From: the human T2T-CHM13v2.0 reference genome, Homo sapiens
DNA: 64,000 bases
Reading direction: 5' to 3' (one strand)
NCBI RefSeq assembly: GCF_009914755.1
Contig: NC_060936.1
Numbering within the stretch: position 1 is the first letter of the stretch; every line of letters starts with the position of its first letter. This document shows, in pieces, positions 56,798-64,000 of the stretch. The translations under genes and the position numbers were made by a program. The notes beneath the pieces were generated by a model. That model made no database searches. It was given only the letters and a program-made list of their open reading frames with translations, and was not told where the DNA came from.

Positions 56798-56829
56798 AAA
56801 ATCTTAATTCCTTAGCAATTAAGAAATGA

Positions 56830-57142
<313 letters not shown>

Positions 57143-58659
57143 AAAAAATGCCCTTTTAAATAACTCCTAGATCAATAAGAAAATGACAACCAAATTGCAG
57201 ATTATTCAGAAATTATAAATATGATAACATTAAATCAAAATCTATGTGGTATAGCTAAAGCCCTAGGCTGAAAATAAGGTCTAATCTAAATCCTTAATAT
57301 AGAAAAAAAAAAAACTTGACCAAAAGAAATCAGGAAGAGAAAACATAATTAAACCATAAACTAGTTCTTTCAAAGCACCAATAAAATTAGTTATACCTTG
57401 GAAAAACTTACCAACGGAAAGGGAGAAAATACAAATATTTATTAGGAATAAAAAGGAACCATAATCTTATATATGGATACTTTTAAATTAGTAGGATTGA
57501 TTTTAAAAGTGAGAATCGATCCTACTAATTGGCTGGTGCATATACATAGTTTAAATTTTAATCAATTTTTGCTAGACCACTTTCCCAAAAGGTTACCTAG
57601 CCAACAGTTTGATCAGCAATGTATAAGATTGCCGGGTTTCTCATACCCTGAATGTTATCATTAAAAAAACAAAAAGTTGCCAACTTAATGGGTGAGAACT
57701 GATTACTCATTGTTTGTTTCCATTTTCCTGAAAGTTTAAGCAATATATCGTATGTATTCATGGTTTCTATTTCTTCTGTAAATTGCTTTTTGAAATCTTC
57801 TACTCTACTTTTAAATTAATAATATTAACTCTATGATGGGTTTAAAATAACTTTTTCTCCTTTCCTTTTTTACTTTTTGATTTTATGGTGTCTTTGCTAG
57901 AGATAAAGAATTTTAATATTTTATTTACTCAAATCTGTTACCTTCTCTATAGCTTCTAGATTTTCTTACTTTAACACGTGTCTCCACTTATGAGAGTATT
58001 ATTCAAACACTGTCATAATTGTTCTTCAAATATTTTTATTGTTTAATTTTTTAACTTAAAACTTTATTTCTTCTATAATTTGCTCTTCTTTATTGTGTGA
58101 ATTAGAGGTTTAAAGTTGTTTATTCCCCACCCATCCACACCCGCCATGTGCCTCCAACTTACCAGAGAGTCATACCACCACCAGTTTCTGTTATTTTACC
58201 ATGATGCTGATTGCAGTATTAGTTATGGTGGTCAAACACTGAAAACAACCTGAATGCCCATCAAAAGGTATGTGATTGAGAAAATATGGCATACTACAGC
58301 ACATCCATACCATGAACAATTATTTAGCTATTAAAAAAGATTGAGTTAGGTCTATGTATATTAACATGAATGAATGTCTGTGAGAGGAGGTTACATGGAA
58401 AAAGAAAGTGGAAAATAATGTAAATAGTATAATCCCATTCATTAAAAAATAGATGAAGAACTCTCTACATATGAATATATACATTTATACACGTATGTAT
58501 GAGCACAAAGGAAAATTAGACCCTAATTCACACACTGGAATGAGGATGAGGTTGGGGAGAGAGTGAAATTCTTGAGATTGCTTATTTACTATTTATACTT
58601 CTCCATATTCTTTGGTTAACGCGGAGAACACTATTGCTTTTATTTTGAAAGGTGAGAGA

Positions 58660-59265
58660 TTGATACTTGCCTATCTGACATCCATTCTCCTTGGTCTCTT
58701 TAATAACAGAATTCCAATTTTACCTGAGAATAAGACTACATTTCCCAGCTCCTTTTGTAGTCAGATATAGCCATGTAACCAAGTTCTGGCCTGTGGGATG
58801 TAGTAGATGTGTGTGGGACTTCAAACAAGTCTCTTTAAAATGAAGAAAGTGACTTCTTCCTCTTCCTCTTCTCCTTCTCCTTCTCCTTCTCCTTCTCCTT
58901 CTCCTTCTCCTTCTCCTTCTCCTTCTCCTTCTCCTTCTCCTTCTCCTTCTCCTTCTTCTTCTTCTTCTTCTTCTTCTTCTTCTTCTTCTTCTTCTTCTTC
59001 TTCTTCTTCTTTTCAGCTGCCTGGAATAGGAATGTAGTGTCTAGAAGATACACAGCTATTTTGGACCATGAGGTTACCAGGAGGATGGTAGAGCAAGAAG
59101 GAGGAGTCTGGTTTCCTGGATACACTGTGAAGCCACTGTATGACTCTAAGCCATTTGCTTTTAGACTTGCTTTATATGAGGGAGAAATACTTCTATCTTG
59201 ATTCAACTGTTGGTATTTTGTAGTTTTGTGTTGTATTTGAACAAACTTCATCCTCAATAATACAA
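58660..59265 (+). mobile_element. Old MLT1 (J/K-like) LTR containing a microsatellite
   Basis: GACTACATTTCCCAGC...GCCATGTAACCAAGTTCTGGCC...CATCCTCAATAATACA. Confidence 0.7.
58853..59014. repeat. Compound (CTCCTT)14(CTT)19 polypyrimidine microsatellite
   Basis: Hexamers at 58871-58954, triplets at 58955-59011. Confidence 0.97.
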
Positions 59266-59869
59266 AAGGAAAAATCTAATACAGCATTTAGCAAAAGAAA
59301 CAAAAGCCTGTTGACCATCCCCCTGTCTTTCCTGAGAGTACAGCTAAGGCATCTGCAACCTTCTAGATGAATGCATAAGATCTGAAATAGGAGTTATGTA
59401 TTCCTAAAACAATATAGCCCTAGGAAAATTACACAAGTCTACTTGTTATCCTAATTTAAAATTTTACCTTAACCACCTGATACACTGTACAATAATTTGT
59501 CCTAGAATTTGTCCATACTTCCAATTCCTATAATAATGCTTTGCCTTTTTATAATTAATTCCTTTATTACCAAAAAGTTCCCCAGGTCATAAAATACTTT
59601 CTCTGTGGATTGCAATATTTCCTGGCATATGTTCACTTCAGTAAGACGATCAGTGTATTAAAAACCCAATGGGGTTTCTGCAGAAGCCAATGATGGCATG
59701 GCACCTCTTTTGTGGCATGTGTGAAATCTGCCCTTCGCTGTAAACATTCTTATGCAACATGACACTCTGCCCTATGTCCATTTCATATGTGGTGTTCAGT
59801 GTGCTGGGAATGCTGAAAAAAACAATTCTCTCTTAGAGATTTCCCAAGTAGAATCACAGTGTTAAACCT

Positions 59870-60030
59870 ATCAGCAGCCTCCAAGATCATTTTTTTTAAG
59901 CCCCTCATTTTACACAAAAAGAAACTGAGGCCCAGAAAGCCCCCTGACTTTCTCAGAGTAACTAAGCTGGTTAATGATAGATCCAGAAATAGAACCCAAG
60001 GGACCAACTTCAGATTCTAGGTTCTTTCAT
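59870..60030 (-). mobile_element. MIR
   Basis: CCCCTCATTTTACAC...GAAACTGAGGCCCAGA. Confidence 0.7.
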
Positions 60031-60663
60031 ATGTTTCATCTATTAATTGATATCCCCAGAGCGGACTCAGCAAAGGAACGTTTTTTTTTTTTAAAGTACA
60101 AAAATGTGTTCAGTAGTATAATGTGGTTAAGGAGGGGCTGTCTTTATAAAAGATGTTCATTACCATCTTGACTGGCTTCCTCCCCCTCCCCGCCACATAA
60201 CTAAAGCATGATGCTATTGAGTTCTAAGTCTAGTTTCCACCCTTATATGAAAAGTCAGCTTGGCACAGAGTTTGGTAGAGCTAAGTCTGACCAGCTGCAC
60301 TCTCAGCCACAAGGGAAATTAGACGAGACAGTGTGGCTGCTTCAGTACCAATCAATCAAAGTTTTTGAAAATTATCTTGAAAACACACACCAATAAAGGC
60401 ATGTGTGTAGTTGTCTTTTCATATAAACTCAGGTTAGTCCTAGTGCATGTGAACAAAGAAAGTAAGGTGTCTTCTTCAGGTTGACTACTTGGTAGTTCCT
60501 ATTTCTCTATCAGTTCCATGAGCGTTTTGGGAGAAAGTGACCACATCTACTACAGTCTTTCAACATCTTAAGTTAGATTTGTGTACCCTCCAATTGAATC
60601 ACTTGAATCAAAACAATAGCTACTAGTCTATTTGACTTTCTTTGCCCAGGCCCCATATATATC

Positions 60664-61470
<807 letters not shown>

Positions 61471-61789
61471 CTATAATTTTGAAAAATGATGTTTTTGGAA
61501 AAAAATGCAAACGCAGAGTATCCCCTAATAGAAATCTTTGCTATTCTTAGAGAAGAACATGAGACAAGTTATTTAACCTAGAGATTTGGCTTGAAAAATT
61601 AATATTGACATATCAATGAGGAATAAGAAAAAATATAAATGCAATAATTAAGGACTGATGAAAATGAAAAGCTAATTGGAGCATAAAAGTGATCATCTGA
61701 ATACAAAGACTTTTCTGCCTAATCTTAGTGAAAATTAAGGTATAGGTTGGATTGGCATATTATGATTTTTAATTTGTTTTTTTAATCAT

Positions 61790-62081
61790 CCAGCAAACTT
61801 TTTGCACTCCTGAGTCAGCACATGCATCTGTAAGAGAGAGAAGAGCAAGACGGAGCATGAGGCTGCAGCTGAATTTAGAAAGTTAGAGGTGTTCTCATCA
61901 GCCACATGAGATGGGCAGGAGATTCCTTCCAGTAGGCGAGAGAGCAGAGTGCAGACAACAGATGTGAGAAAGGTCCCCATAGCTGTCAAGTTCCTGCATC
62001 CTTGTGCTGAAGAAAGGGAGGTGCCATCATGATTGATGTTCAGAGGCAGTATAAAAGCACTGGGTTTCTCCCCAACTGCTT
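61790..62081 (+). promoter_or_regulatory. MYBPC1: MYBPC1 proximal promoter: TATA box, E-boxes, AP-1/MARE-like site
   Basis: TATAAAAG at 62050-62057. E-boxes CACATG 61819, CATCTG 61825, CAGCTG 61866, CACATG 61903, CAGATG 61959. TGAGTCAGCA at 61811-61820. Confidence 0.85.
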
Positions 62082-62181
62082 GTCACACCGACCTGCACCA
62101 TCTCTCTCCTGCCTGTGGGGTTTCTGTCAACTAGTCGTGGAGGGAAGGAGACTCTTTAAAGAATAACATCTTATTGTGGCC
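62082..62181 (+). other. MYBPC1: MYBPC1 exon 1 5' UTR (TSS approximate)
   Basis: Lies between the TATA box (~30 nt upstream of 62082) and the ATG, with no upstream ATG. The exact TSS is inferred from TATA spacing. Confidence 0.75.
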
Positions 62182-62206
62182 ATGCCAGAACCCACTAAGA
62201 AAGAGG
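62182..62206 (+). CDS. MYBPC1: MYBPC1 first coding exon (25 coding nt, MPEPTKKE + 1 nt); slow-type myosin-binding protein C
   Basis: GTGGCC-ATG CCA GAA CCC ACT AAG AAA GAG G|GTAAGA. Kozak context, translation matches the known MYBPC1 N-terminus MPEPTKKE(E), consensus donor at 62207 in phase 1. Confidence 0.96.
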
Positions 62207-64000
62207 GTAAGACTTATCTAGAAATCTTTTTGTTGTACTCCTGAATAAAGTGTTTATTTTGGTATTTATCTTCAAACAAATAACAAATATCTTAACTAGA
62301 TGAGAAAATAAAATCACTATGATTTAAGGAAACGATCTTTTAGATTAAACAGACCAGAGGAAAAATACAGCGAGAGTATATTGAATTGAAAAATTTCTGA
62401 TAACGATAGTTTCTAAAGGGATATTGACTAAAATTATCAAATGATAATTCTATCATTCAATTGTAAAGAATCCTTAAAGTGTAATTTAAGGATGTTAATT
62501 GCTGATGGTAAACAGATTACGTTTTCAAGCATATTTTCTTAGATTTAATCACAAATTTTTTACCATGTATTTGCAATTTGCAGAGAGTAGGAGACTTAAA
62601 ATATTTTCTCAAATGGTTAATACATTGGATCAAGATTTCAAAAAAGAATTTGTGACATTATTTCCATATTTGCTACTTTTTTTAATGGAAACATATTTAA
62701 AATATACAGACGAAGGGTTTTTTTTGTTCTTATCAGTGCCTTTGGAGGTTCGTTATTAAATTCTTGCATGGAAAGAAAACCAAACACCTGATAAAAAAGG
62801 ATGTCCCTGAATATCATGAATAGATTGTTCTTTCATGAGTTTTATTGTAGAGAATTTCATAATATGTAGTAGGCTTTAAGAATAGTTAAGCTGAAAGTAT
62901 AAAAATATTCTTCCTTAGAAGAAATGTTTTCCCTAACAAAGTTTCTCCTTTCTATAAAAAAATTAGTGTATTAAAGCTACCAATTGGTAACAGAAGTAAA
63001 TTGGAATTAGTAGTTATGAAAATAAATAATAATAAGCACAAATTAATACTATGCATGCATTGAATTTAATTTTTAATTAAAATATCTTTTAAAAATATTA
63101 TTTCATTTATATTCATCTTCATTAATGCTTACTGAATCTTTATTTTTCCCTTCTGCAAATAAAAGAAAAAGAAAGATTAGCAGGAAACATAAAAATAGTC
63201 ATAGTTTTCAGTTTTTAATTCTTAAAAATGCTTTAGCTATTATTTTAAGGAACCTTGAAAAAGATGTTGAAATACTAACCAAATTATCAAAAGTCTTTTA
63301 AACATATTTTCTTTATATAATTAAGTAACCAGTGTTGACAGGCTGTGGTGATCAGTTTACAGGTTGGCCTTACTTAGTGGCAGAGGGCATTGATGGATGA
63401 AGTCTTTCACCCAAAATAACCACACCAAATGCATGTATTAATATGGGAACTTAATCCTGACTGTCAGGCAGGGAGTCCAACCCCTGCTAAAGTATCTTAT
63501 TTGTAATGCAAATGATTTACGTGTGTACTAAGTGTCCTTTTTATCTGCTCTGTCACTTTAACCTCTCCGAAGTGTACCCAGAAGCAATACATTCTACCAT
63601 GTTTCCAAACTGGAAACACAATATTGTTTTAATTATTCTGAATTTAGTGAATGATTTTGCATTTGTTTTTTTAAAGCCTAATTGAAAATGAGAAGAAAGC
63701 TGAAAAACCAATAAATAAGGTGACAGCCTGTAAGAGCCAATAAAGCTAATTAAATTATTCTGATCGCAAAGGCGATGAAGTTTACTTTTCATTTGACAAC
63801 TCAGTCTGATTCACTCTTTTATGGGGAATGAAATTATAGAGCTGCAAAGAGGAAAATATATCTTTAACTTCAGCCCCCACCCCCCCAATATATATTTTTT
63901 TCTTTCTGAATAAAACAGCATGGATGCTAAAGACTCCATCATCTTCTTTTGCTATAAAAGCATGTTGCTATTCTGTGTAGGAGTTCCTCCACCCAGGACA
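62207..64000 (+). other. MYBPC1: MYBPC1 intron 1 (5' part; continues beyond the window)
   Basis: Starts GTAAGA and is AT-rich. No exon encoding the next residues (ENEVPAPAPP) was seen in the window. Confidence 0.88.

Noticed and set aside
58807-59257. Ser/Pro-rich and Lys/Glu-rich ORFs on both strands
   Set aside because: These are translations of the (CTCCTT)n(CTT)n microsatellite.

Overview
Primate (almost certainly human) genomic DNA, about 60 kb upstream of MYBPC1 (slow skeletal myosin-binding protein C). The promoter (TATA box at 62050), first coding exon (ATG 62182, MPEPTKKE, GT donor at 62207) and start of intron 1 lie at the right end on the + strand. No other protein-coding gene is supported: nearly all ORFs in the track derive from Alu, L1, THE1 or microsatellite sequence. 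The rest is a dense repeat mosaic of about 40 Alu/FLAM copies, L1s of several ages (including a young twin-primed L1PA2-like copy with a TSD), a complete THE1 element, solo THE1/MLT1 LTRs, MER33, MER45A, MADE1, L2/MIR/CR1 relics and microsatellites. Between these are repeat-free islands with myogenic E-box clusters, a consensus CTCF site and a possible upstream promoter. The most unusual structures are: (1) an ancient ~450-bp inverted local duplication pasted into a THE1 LTR; (2) a ~43-nt poly(A)-tailed, TSD-flanked retrocopy of a hairpin-like RNA; (3) a fold-back palindrome split by an Alu; (4) a (GAA)19(AAGGAG)14 compound tract (minus-strand reading) 3 kb upstream of the TSS. Repeat boundaries and subfamily calls were read by eye and are approximate.
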